Shown here in pieces: positions 39,276 through 47,745 of a DNA stretch of 64,000 nucleotides (its first letter is position 1; every line of letters begins with the position of its first letter). A model generated the notes under the pieces. That model worked only from the letters and a program-made list of their open reading frames with translations, ran no database searches and had not been told where the DNA came from. Made by a program: the position numbers and the translations under genes. The stretch lies in assembly GCA_030148085.1 (NCBI GenBank), contig JASBUF010000069.1, forward strand, positions 4,924 to 68,923. The letters are read 5' to 3'. The DNA comes from Methylophaga sp. GTDB lineage: Bacteria; Pseudomonadota; Gammaproteobacteria; Nitrosococcales; Methylophagaceae.

Positions 39276-40060
39276 GTGTTTGGGCAGTCTGCAATCAAAA
39301 AGGCGGTGTAGCCAAAACCACAACAGTCATTACCTTGGCGAGTCTGCTGGCCCAGCGCGGCGAATCGACCCTGATTCTGGATCTGGATCCGCATGGCTCG
39401 ATGACCACCTATCTGGGTTACGATCCCGATAGCGTTGAAACCAGCATTTATACGCTGTTTCAAAAGCTTGATGAAACACCGAAAGAAGCCATATTCAAGA
39501 GCCTCAAAAAAACCCAGCATGACAATATTTTCCTGTTACCGGCTTCAACGGCCATGGCCACACTCGACCGCCAGCTCGGGGCACAGCCAGGCAAAGGCCT
39601 AATCATCCGTAAAACCCTAAGCTTCTTCAAAGATCGCTTTAACCACGTTTTTATCGACTGCCCGCCCATGCTCGGTGTGTTGATGATCAATGCCTTGGCC
39701 GCCTGTGACCGTCTGCTGATACCAGTACAGACTGAGTTCCTGTCAATGAAAGGGCTGGAGCATATGCTGCACACGGTCTCAATGATCAATCATTCACGAC
39801 GCAGTTCGCTACCCTACTTTATCGTTCCGACCATGCACGATGCGCGCTCTCAGGCCGCCAACGATATTCTGCAACAACTCCGTGAGCAGTATGGACAGGC
39901 AGTCTGGAACCAGATGATACCGGTCGATCCCGCATTTCGCGAAGCCAGCAAGCTCGGCCTACCGTTACCGGAAATGAATGCACAAGCGGCAGGCTCAGTG
40001 GCCTATCAGCAGCTACTGCAAACGCTGATTCAGACCGAGGGACAGCGCTCCCATGGCTAA
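39272..40060 (+). CDS. ParA family ATPase of chemotaxis clusters (ParC-like array positioning protein)
   Basis: NQKGGVAKTT deviant Walker A, DLDPHGS, IDCPP; lies before cheW genes. Confidence 0.88.
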   Translation: MSVWAVCNQKGGVAKTTTVITLASLLAQRGESTLILDLDPHGSMTTYLGYDPDSVETSIYTLFQKLDETPKEAIFKSLKKTQHDNIFLLPASTAMATLDRQLGAQPGKGLIIRKTLSFFKDRFNHVFIDCPPMLGVLMINALAACDRLLIPVQTEFLSMKGLEHMLHTVSMINHSRRSSLPYFIVPTMHDARSQAANDILQQLREQYGQAVWNQMIPVDPAFREASKLGLPLPEMNAQAAGSVAYQQLLQTLIQTEGQRSHG

Positions 40061-40679
40061 GACGGCAATCCACGAACAAGCGCAAGCTTTATCGGTGTAC
40101 TTTCGCGATATGCTGGCTGAGCCAGAAAAAATGCCACCGCTTGTAGAGCAAATTCTAGAAACGGATATCACTGAACCCGAGCCAGCAGCTGACCCTGCGA
40201 GTCAGTCTGCAAACACTACAAGCGCAGACGACATAGCGCCAGTCATAACCGACAAAGAAAACTTCCTGCTCTGCCAGATTGGCGGCATGCCTCTGGCCGT
40301 TAGCCTGTCTGCATTAAACAATATTGTGCACTGGCCGGCAGCAGGGCTCAGCCAGTTGCCGGGTCAAGGTGACTGGCAATTGGGACTACTCCGTAGTCGT
40401 GATCAAAACTGCGAAGTAGTGGATATCCGCGCATTATTACAAACACCGGATACCAATAAAGATTTGCAGGCAGATTATATTTTGCTGCTGGATCAGGGGC
40501 GGCGAGGTATTGCCTGCAATGCGATCGAGCAGATCCGCACAATCAACGCCGATGCCGTTAACTGGCGTCAAGATCGTCGTCAACGTCCGTGGTTTCTCGG
40601 CGTTATCAATGAGAGTATGCACAGTATCGTCGATATTGAGGCGCTACTTGCCGCTCTGGGTAATGGCGAAATGGCATGA
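40053..40679 (+). CDS. CheW-like domain protein (ParP-like)
   Basis: N-terminal ALSVYF..ML motif, acidic linker and a CheW-like domain ending in WRQ..RPWFLG; follows the ParA gene. Confidence 0.75.
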   Translation: MAKTAIHEQAQALSVYFRDMLAEPEKMPPLVEQILETDITEPEPAADPASQSANTTSADDIAPVITDKENFLLCQIGGMPLAVSLSALNNIVHWPAAGLSQLPGQGDWQLGLLRSRDQNCEVVDIRALLQTPDTNKDLQADYILLLDQGRRGIACNAIEQIRTINADAVNWRQDRRQRPWFLGVINESMHSIVDIEALLAALGNGEMA

Positions 40680-40687
40680 AGTCTGCT
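40672..40687 (+). promoter_or_regulatory. Probable internal sigma-54 promoter for cheW and downstream genes
   Basis: TGGCAT-GAAGT-CTGCT with GG-N10-GC spacing, at the only sizeable gap in the operon. Confidence 0.6.
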
Positions 40688-40759
40688 TAATATTCAACAA
40701 CATCCGCGCTTGGCGCAAATCGTCAGAAAACTGACGATAGAAACATAAGGTCAGGGTAA

Positions 40760-41233
40760 ATGAGCGAAAAAGACACTGTAGTTGACGATCCGGTTTTGCA
40801 ATGGGTCACCTACCAGCTGGAACAGGAATTTTACGGCATCAATGTGATGCAGGTGCAGGAAGTACTGCGTCTGACAGAAATTGCACCGGTGCCCGGTGCA
40901 CCGTCCTATGTGCTCGGCATTATCAACCTTCGGGGTAATGTCGTCACTGTTATCGATACCCGCGCCCGTTTTGGCCTGAGTGCGCAGGAGCCGACTGACA
41001 GTTCGCGCATCATTATTGTTGAGGTGTCTGGTCATGTCATCGGCATGCTGGTTGACAGTGTCGCCGAGGTGGTTTATCTGCATCAGTCAGAAATCGATAC
41101 AGCACCCAATGTCAGTGACGACGCGTCCCGCTTTATTCAGGGCGTGTGCAACCGTGATAAATACTTACTCATTCTGGTGGATGTGAATAAATTACTGGAT
41201 CAGGAGGAGATCTCTGATATTTCAGGGTTCTGA
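40760..41233 (+). CDS. cheW: Chemotaxis coupling protein CheW
   Basis: YGINVMQVQEV, VLGIINLRGNVVTVID and LVDSVAEV motifs. Confidence 0.95.
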   Translation: MSEKDTVVDDPVLQWVTYQLEQEFYGINVMQVQEVLRLTEIAPVPGAPSYVLGIINLRGNVVTVIDTRARFGLSAQEPTDSSRIIIVEVSGHVIGMLVDSVAEVVYLHQSEIDTAPNVSDDASRFIQGVCNRDKYLLILVDVNKLLDQEEISDISGF

Positions 41234-41239
41234 GCTGTC

Positions 41240-41419
41240 ATGGCTGATGAAATCAGAACATCTATACCTATCGCGCCCACCTCGCCGCTGACACCACCGC
41301 CCGATGATAAGCGGCGTGAACGGCGTAAGCCCGCTGAGCAGATGCCTGATACCGAAGCCGACAAAGACACAAACGAGAAAGATGATGACAGCGGAAATCT
41401 TATTGATGAGTATGTCTAG
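41240..41419 (+). CDS. Small hypothetical protein (59 aa), absent from the ORF track
   Basis: Manual translation MADEIRTSIPIAPTSPLTPPPDDKRRERRKPAEQMPDTEADKDTNEKDDDSGNLIDEYV; fills most of the cheW-DUF2802 gap. Confidence 0.65.
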   Translation: MADEIRTSIPIAPTSPLTPPPDDKRRERRKPAEQMPDTEADKDTNEKDDDSGNLIDEYV

Positions 41420-41446
41420 CCGGCCTGCCGGCCAAAGGAGCCACAG

Positions 41447-41827
41447 ATGACTTTAGTCGTTGTGATAACCATAATGAGTGCTGTATTTCTAGTCTTGGGA
41501 CTGGCTGCATTGCACCTGCTCAAGCTGTACAAACTACAGTCAGCACGCATCCTTGCTTTGCAGAACCAGCTTGCCGCACTGTGCGAGGGTGCCTCAGGGA
41601 CTGATGAGCGTATTCTGCGTTTTGAACAAACACTGTCAAAAATTCGTGATCATCAGCATGCCATTGATCTGACCGCTAACAGCCAGCCTGCTTACGACCA
41701 CGCCATTCGCCTGGCACGTAAAGGAGCCGGGATTGAACAGCTGATTGATAATTGCAATCTAAGTGATGAAGAAGCCCACCTGATTAACCGCTTACATGGC
41801 CGTGAGTCCGGCGCAGGCATGCATTAG
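41447..41827 (+). CDS. DUF2802 domain protein
   Basis: N-terminal TM helix, coiled coil, YDHAIRLARKGA..LIDNCNLSDEEAHLI..LH; AAGGAG RBS. Confidence 0.85.
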   Translation: MTLVVVITIMSAVFLVLGLAALHLLKLYKLQSARILALQNQLAALCEGASGTDERILRFEQTLSKIRDHQHAIDLTANSQPAYDHAIRLARKGAGIEQLIDNCNLSDEEAHLINRLHGRESGAGMH

Positions 41828-43665
41828 TCGGTGCCGGGCACCTTGGGCTGAGGCTTACCAACTAGATAACCCTGTACGAAGTCGACGCCATAACCACGCA
41901 GCAGCTCGAGCGTACTCTCACGCTCAACAAACTCGGCCACCGTTTTTTTGCCCAGACTGTGGGCAATATCTATCATCGATTTCACCAGTAACTGATCCAC
42001 CGGATCATCATCCAAATCGGTAATAAAACCACCGTCAATTTTCAGAATATCGACCGGAAAATACTTGAGATAGTTGTAAGAGTTAAAGCCGGCACCAAAG
42101 TCATCCAGCGCAAAACGACAGCCCAGAGAACGCAGGCTGGTAATCATTCTTTTGGTTAGTTCAAAGTTGGAAATCGCTGATGTTTCGGTGATTTCGAACA
42201 CAATCCGCGCAGGATCAATGCCGGTCTGTTTCAATTTATCCTGCACCAGTGGATACAAATGTTCATCCAGGAACACATTGCCTGACAGATTGATAGCAAA
42301 CGAGATATCTTCCGGCATAGTACGCAACGTATCCATTGCCCGATCTATCACCCAAAAATCGATTTGGTGAATCAGGCCCATCGCTTCAGCGACCGGGATA
42401 AATTCTTTCGGGTAGTACAATACGCCGCCTTCACCACGCATGCGGATCAGGCATTCATAATGGTTCACTTCACCGGAATCCAGAGCGTAAATCGGCTGAA
42501 ACTCCAGCAGGAAATTTCCCTGTTTTAACGCCGCCCGGATCCGAGGTGCCCATTCCACACTGTGACGCAAGGTATGCATTTCCCGATCTTCCGGATTGTA
42601 GAAGTGCACACGGTTTCGGCCACGTTTTTTAGCGGTATAACAGGCCTGATTAGCATGAGAGAGCAACTCACCGACGGTGGTTACATCATCCGGCTGGATT
42701 AGTTTGACACCGATACTGGCAGACAGATGGTAATGGTGACCGTGATGTTCAAAACTGTAGCCATCAAACAGATTTTTCAGGCCCTGTGCCTGTTTGATGA
42801 TGGACTCTTCATCGGTGTTATCGACCAGTACGGCAAATTCGTCAGAGCCGATTCTGACTAGCGTGTCATTGACTCTGAAATAACGTCGCAGGGTGTTCGC
42901 TACCTGCACTAAGAGGGTATCACCCGCTTCATGCCCCTCGGCATCATTCAGCACTTTAAAACTGTCGAGATCAATATAGAACAGCGCGCTGCTGCTCATA
43001 AAGTTGCGAACCTGAGTCAGACTCAAATCCAGAGCCTGTTCCAGCCGCCGCCGGTTAGCCAGTCCGGTCAGATCATCATGGCTGACTGAAAATTGTAGCC
43101 GTGCCTCCATCACTTTCAGTGTGGCGACTTCATCTTCCAATCGCAATTGCTGCTGAAAACTACTGTCGCGCTCACGCTTGACCGCCAATGCGGTCATAAT
43201 CGCCGGTGGCAGTGATTCTGCTGTCAACGGGTGATAAAGCAGCGAAGTGACACCGTGTCCGAGATCGGTCAACACCTGAGCGTGATCCCATTGTGATTCA
43301 CGGCAGAGCTGGATAATGGGGATTAAACGCCACTCATCGAACTGGTCCATCATCAGCCGCGTGGCCTGTGCATCGAAGCCCGGCAAATCATCATCGACAA
43401 TCAGCAAGTCCACATCGCAGATGTCATTGCGAATGCCCTCACGGAGCAGGCGATTTACATCGTCACCGGTATTGGCGGTATGAATATGGGTGAAACCACT
43501 TACCTGCAACAGCGTTTCGGTGAAAACGGTATCTGAGGCACGGCTGCCACCGATGATGATTTTAGCGTCAAGGAGATCAGCCGCTGCGGCTATTGAAGCC
43601 GGCTCGCTGAGTGTCTGCTCTGCCCTCTCAATCGCAGGCAGGCGTTCCTTGAATGGTATATTCAT
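41824..43665 (-). CDS. Receiver-like/GGDEF/EAL c-di-GMP signalling protein, probable phosphodiesterase
   Basis: HDDLTGLANRR, DLDSFKVLND, RIGSDEF; ECLIR, FEITE, DDFGAG, KIDG, VAEFVE, QGY. Confidence 0.9.
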   Translation of the reverse strand: MNIPFKERLPAIERAEQTLSEPASIAAAADLLDAKIIIGGSRASDTVFTETLLQVSGFTHIHTANTGDDVNRLLREGIRNDICDVDLLIVDDDLPGFDAQATRLMMDQFDEWRLIPIIQLCRESQWDHAQVLTDLGHGVTSLLYHPLTAESLPPAIMTALAVKRERDSSFQQQLRLEDEVATLKVMEARLQFSVSHDDLTGLANRRRLEQALDLSLTQVRNFMSSSALFYIDLDSFKVLNDAEGHEAGDTLLVQVANTLRRYFRVNDTLVRIGSDEFAVLVDNTDEESIIKQAQGLKNLFDGYSFEHHGHHYHLSASIGVKLIQPDDVTTVGELLSHANQACYTAKKRGRNRVHFYNPEDREMHTLRHSVEWAPRIRAALKQGNFLLEFQPIYALDSGEVNHYECLIRMRGEGGVLYYPKEFIPVAEAMGLIHQIDFWVIDRAMDTLRTMPEDISFAINLSGNVFLDEHLYPLVQDKLKQTGIDPARIVFEITETSAISNFELTKRMITSLRSLGCRFALDDFGAGFNSYNYLKYFPVDILKIDGGFITDLDDDPVDQLLVKSMIDIAHSLGKKTVAEFVERESTLELLRGYGVDFVQGYLVGKPQPKVPGTD

Positions 43666-43830
43666 CGGCTATGGCTTGTACTACATCACGTAGACCAAAA
43701 TTGATATGGTTTCGACGATATAGTTTTTATATATAAAAATCAATACTTAAAGTGATTTTTATAATGCGATTTATAAAGTTCTTTGTGAAATAGCCTGGAT
43801 TTTAGCTGGGACTACTTCCTTCCCCCAGTC

Positions 43831-44124
43831 TTAGGGGGAGGAATTTTCTTTTTTATTTACAGGGACTTTCCCAGAAACCAGGTAGGCATAGGCAATGACT
43901 TCGGCGATAACACGGTAAAGCATTGGCGGAATCTCCTCGCCCAGATTCAGATCGCTTAACAGCTCAGCCAGAAGCGCATCCTCCCGGAGCGGGATATTGT
44001 GCTCTCGGGCAATACGCAGGATCTCTTCGGCAATCGCGCCTTCACCGCTGGCAGTAACAATCGGTGCATTCTCACCATCGTATTCAAGTGCTATCGCACG
44101 TAGCGGCTCTTGTTTATCTGTCAT
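43831..44124 (-). CDS. Stand-alone FlhB C-terminal domain protein (EscU/YscU/HrcU switch family)
   Basis: AIALEYDGENAPIVTASG..IAEEI and GEEIPP.LYRVIAEVIAY; start at ATG 44124 overlapping the fliK-like stop. Confidence 0.88.
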   Translation of the reverse strand: MTDKQEPLRAIALEYDGENAPIVTASGEGAIAEEILRIAREHNIPLREDALLAELLSDLNLGEEIPPMLYRVIAEVIAYAYLVSGKVPVNKKENSSP

Positions 44125-45779
44125 ACAGAAATATCCAGCAAATGCTCTGACATCAGCACCGCTGCTTCTGCTTGTAGCGGATGTACTGGTGCCTGACGGC
44201 AACTCAGGTGACTGACTTTCATACCCAGCTTGGTCAATCTCTGATTCAGCGCCTCAATATGATTGACCAGCAAGGCTGCGCTTTCTTCGCGTTCAGCCAG
44301 CAATACGACTTTCACATCGTCATTGTGCAGGCTGATCCGCGCCTGCATCGGCCCCAGATTTTGGGTTTCCAGATTCAGTTGCACCTGCCAGATCGTCTCA
44401 TCATCACCCGTTGATGAGGGTGAGTGCTGTTCCAATCTGAGTTGCAAACGCTCAAGCTGCTGTCTATCTTTCACCGGCAGATCAAATAGCCAGATGTTTA
44501 CATTGCTGGGGTTATCCACATCACGCAGCATCGTCAATTGATTAAGCTGAATCCGCGCGCTGACTGACTCCACCTCTCGTAATAATTCACGTAACACCTG
44601 CCACTCCAGTGCACGCAAGGCTGTCTGACTGGCTGCATCATTGGTCATCACTTCCCGCGCCTGAATAAACGCCTGAACACCGGTCATCACCGATGCCGGA
44701 ACAGTCTGCGGCGCAGTCGTCTGGCCAGTATTGGCCGATAATGCCGTGAGTAAGCTCAGTAATAACTGCCCCGGTGTTTGACCCTGACTCGCCAGTGCAG
44801 GCTGTATCAAGGCTGGCAATGCGCGTAAGGCCTGTGGCTGGCTTAGCTGCTGTAACGCTGTCTGCACCTGCTTCGGTAAGCTATTGTGCAAGGCCTGATT
44901 ATCGGCAAACCGTGATGGCGGCTGTGCCAGTTCGGTTTTGAGTTGCTGCGCCAGTTGTAGCAGGTTCGCCTTCAAGTCCTGTCGCACAAAAGTTTGCGGA
45001 CTATCCTGCAACAGGCGTTTTTCCAAAAACAGTCCACTGTTGCTTAATGCCTGTCGCAGGCCGTCAGCCTGTTGCAGGCTTTGTCGGTCCGTCAGCGCCT
45101 GCATAAGCTGACTAATGCCCTGCCGAATGGTTTCAGTACTGAATAGTTCCGGCTTTATCTGATTCAGCATCGACAATGTATTGCTACCCGAGGCATTAAG
45201 CTGAGACAAAGTCTGACGCTGATAATTTTGTATTAGCTCGGCACGACTGGGGCTGCCGGTTTTGAGTTGTACGGCCAGCGGCTGCTCTTTCAGCACTTCC
45301 AGCGTCAATTTATCACCGGGTCGAAAGGCCTGTTTCAAAGCACTGATATCTACCTCGATCTGTGTCGGAAGTCTGCTTTGGGTAGCTGTTTGTGGCTTCG
45401 ACTCAGTAGTATTAATCAGGCTGGGACTGACCAAGAGCCGATTCTCTGCCAACAGCTTGATCACTTCCACGAACACTTGCTGGCCCAACCTGAGTGCCGG
45501 TGATGATAGCTGCTGCTCAGTCGTTGCCGGAGTAAGCCGAATCACCGGCTGACCGTTTTCCACGCTACGCTCCAGCAGTACTCTCTGGCCCGGCTGCAGG
45601 GCTTGCTCACTCGTCAGCTGAAGCAGGGTTTCACCAAGTCGTAGCTGAATCACTGAGGCATTCAAACGGGCTACCACCGTGGCCTGAAGCTGCTGCCCTT
45701 CCGCCAGTTGGGTCAGCAGTCGCGCCGGTACGTCCTTGAGTACCTCAGACTGCATAGGCAATGACGGGTTTATCTGCAT
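44121..45779 (-). CDS. fliK: Flagellar hook-length control (FliK-like) protein
   Basis: Gln/Leu-rich body, SGLFLEKRL..DLKANL and a C-terminal FliK domain (WQVQLNLETQNLGPM); paired with the FlhB-C gene. Confidence 0.75.
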   Translation of the reverse strand: MQINPSLPMQSEVLKDVPARLLTQLAEGQQLQATVVARLNASVIQLRLGETLLQLTSEQALQPGQRVLLERSVENGQPVIRLTPATTEQQLSSPALRLGQQVFVEVIKLLAENRLLVSPSLINTTESKPQTATQSRLPTQIEVDISALKQAFRPGDKLTLEVLKEQPLAVQLKTGSPSRAELIQNYQRQTLSQLNASGSNTLSMLNQIKPELFSTETIRQGISQLMQALTDRQSLQQADGLRQALSNSGLFLEKRLLQDSPQTFVRQDLKANLLQLAQQLKTELAQPPSRFADNQALHNSLPKQVQTALQQLSQPQALRALPALIQPALASQGQTPGQLLLSLLTALSANTGQTTAPQTVPASVMTGVQAFIQAREVMTNDAASQTALRALEWQVLRELLREVESVSARIQLNQLTMLRDVDNPSNVNIWLFDLPVKDRQQLERLQLRLEQHSPSSTGDDETIWQVQLNLETQNLGPMQARISLHNDDVKVVLLAEREESAALLVNHIEALNQRLTKLGMKVSHLSCRQAPVHPLQAEAAVLMSEHLLDISV

Positions 45780-45846
45780 GAAGACACCAAAAACAGCAAC
45801 ATGGTGCTAGTATAACAACGAGCTGATTGCATAGAGCAACGGAGCA

Positions 45847-46722
45847 ATGACAAATAAGCATGGACAATGGTATATCCGCAGACAGGGAGAGATAACCGGC
45901 CCGTTTAATGGCTCGGTCATCATGAACCATCTAATTGTTGGCAGGCTGAGCATGGACGATGAAGTGTCAGCAGACAGCAAGCAATGGTTGCCGCTGGCTC
46001 AACATCCTGATTTGCACCCGGACACAGAGCCTGAAGATAAGGCCAAAAGACGTCTGGATGAACGCACCGGTCTGGATAGACGTCAACACCAGACACCTCG
46101 AGCAGAGCATCTACGTCAGCGACGCGGTGAACGTCGTAGCGAGGAACCTGAAAGTGCAAAGGAACGGCGTGATTTCCGCCGTCAGCTTATGCTGCAATAC
46201 CGTGAGCGCAGTGAACGTATGTTCTGGCCGCTGCTGATTACTTTCGGCTTTTTAATTGCCATCACCCTGATGGCGGTCCTGTTTCCGACCACTATTCCGA
46301 TGCCGTTGCCTAACTGTAGCTCGCCGGCTGCGCCTGAAGTGAACTGGAATAACTGCCTGAAATCAGAGGCCGATCTGGCCAATCTGGATATGCGTGCAGC
46401 ACATTTACGCAATAGCCATCTCAACCATGCCAAGCTGATGAATACCATTCTGGCCGAAGCCGATATCGCCTACGCCAACTTGCGTCGTGCAGATCTGAGC
46501 TACAGCGACTTACACGGAGCGATTCTGTTCGGCACTAATCTCACTGAGGCCGATCTGTCGAACGCCGATCTCAGCAATGCTGATCTGGCTTATGCCGATC
46601 TGACCAATGCAAAGCTGGGTGGCGCGCAACTTGACGGTGCCCGTCTGGACAGTGCCATCTGGATTGATGGCCAGGTTTGTGCAGCTAACTCGATTGGTGA
46701 ATGCCTGTTAGCGACGCAGTAA
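45847..46722 (+). CDS. Membrane-anchored pentapeptide-repeat protein with N-terminal GYF_2-like domain and Arg-rich region
   Basis: WYIRRQGEITGPF, ERTGLDRR/RRGERR, one TM helix, then A(D/N)LxxA pentapeptide repeats bounded by cysteines. Confidence 0.8.
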   Translation: MTNKHGQWYIRRQGEITGPFNGSVIMNHLIVGRLSMDDEVSADSKQWLPLAQHPDLHPDTEPEDKAKRRLDERTGLDRRQHQTPRAEHLRQRRGERRSEEPESAKERRDFRRQLMLQYRERSERMFWPLLITFGFLIAITLMAVLFPTTIPMPLPNCSSPAAPEVNWNNCLKSEADLANLDMRAAHLRNSHLNHAKLMNTILAEADIAYANLRRADLSYSDLHGAILFGTNLTEADLSNADLSNADLAYADLTNAKLGGAQLDGARLDSAIWIDGQVCAANSIGECLLATQ

Positions 46723-47328
46723 TCTATCCAGCTGACGATCTTGTGAGTTTGCCAGCGTCAATTGCGAGATGATACTGCCAATCAAAGCCAGAAACATGTC
46801 CCATTGCGCATCCCAGTTATCGCCCTGGGTACCGAGAAAAGCTTCCGCTGCTTGATCATTAATCACCGCTGCCCACCACTCGATAAGCTCATAGCAGGCA
46901 CTGACGGCGAGGCTGACACAGCAAAGTAGAAAGAACAGCCATTTGCCGCGCTCTAAAGGTGAAGTCCGCAGCAATAACTCGCGCCCCACCATGGCCGGTA
47001 CCACGCCCTGAACAAAATGGCCCATCCGGTCGTAATGATTACGGGCCAGATCAAATTCATCCTGAATCCAGTTAAACAGGGGGTTTTCGGCATAAGTGTA
47101 ATGCCCGCCGATAATCAGAATCAGGGCAAAAATCGCGATTACACGAACGGTAACCAGCGTTAATGGAAAGCGTTGATACGTCAACAGTAGGATGGGAATG
47201 GCAATCATGACCGGTACGGTTTCCATAAACCAGGTCAAACGGTCTGCCACTGGGTCGATGGCTGAATACAACAGGCTAGCTGCGACAACGCTCAGCCACA
47301 GCAGTTTTTCCTGATTCATGGTCATCAT
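46708..47328 (-). CDS. DUF2238 (YjdF-like) inner membrane protein
   Basis: DRLTWFME, GGHYTYA, RNHYDRMGH, YELIEW and FLGTQGDNWDAQWDM motifs. Confidence 0.88.
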   Translation of the reverse strand: MMTMNQEKLLWLSVVAASLLYSAIDPVADRLTWFMETVPVMIAIPILLLTYQRFPLTLVTVRVIAIFALILIIGGHYTYAENPLFNWIQDEFDLARNHYDRMGHFVQGVVPAMVGRELLLRTSPLERGKWLFFLLCCVSLAVSACYELIEWWAAVINDQAAEAFLGTQGDNWDAQWDMFLALIGSIISQLTLANSQDRQLDRLLRR

Positions 47329-47361
47329 TGCCTCCTGCCCTGTTGACCCGTGCTGACGTCG

Positions 47362-47742
47362 TTAGTGCAAAGTTCTGGGTACCGCCAGCGTGAACGGGGG
47401 AATCGCCACTTCGAATTGTTCGCCATTATCACCGACCATTTTGTAATGGCCCTGCATCATACCGACAGGGGTATCGAGCATGGCGGCACTGGTGTAGGTG
47501 AACTCCTGTTCCGGTGCCAGATAAGGGTGTAAACCCACAACGCCGTCACCCTCGACTTCTTGCTCATTGCCATCACCACCGGTGATCTTCCAGTAGCGTG
47601 ACAGCAGCCGTGCCGACGTCTGACTGTGGTTTTTAATCGTGATGGTATAGGCAAACAGGTAACGCGCTTTATCCGGATCAGATTCCTGATCCAAATAGGT
47701 CGCTTCCACATCCACCAGAATAAGATTGTTTTGTTCGCTCAT
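47362..47742 (-). CDS. apaG: ApaG protein
   Basis: FAYTITI, LLSRYWKIT, GDGVVG..P and YTS..L.TPVG.M.G.Y motifs. Confidence 0.94.
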   Translation of the reverse strand: MSEQNNLILVDVEATYLDQESDPDKARYLFAYTITIKNHSQTSARLLSRYWKITGGDGNEQEVEGDGVVGLHPYLAPEQEFTYTSAAMLDTPVGMMQGHYKMVGDNGEQFEVAIPPFTLAVPRTLH

Positions 47743-47745
47743 GCC

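Noticed and set aside
43660-43690. GCCGATGA as a sigma-28 -10 box for the GGDEF/EAL gene, and a similar box near 49483
   Set aside because: The first overlaps the start codon, and neither has a correctly spaced TAAA -35 element.
22701-45779. Flagellar/chemotaxis block as a horizontally acquired island or non-flagellar T3SS
   Set aside because: It has the canonical polar-flagellum gene order, no integrase or tRNA boundary, and no obvious compositional shift by eye.
45796-45812. Sigma-54-like box upstream of the fliK-like gene (TAGCACCATGTTGCT, minus strand)
   Set aside because: It lacks the invariant GG and the spacing is one base short.
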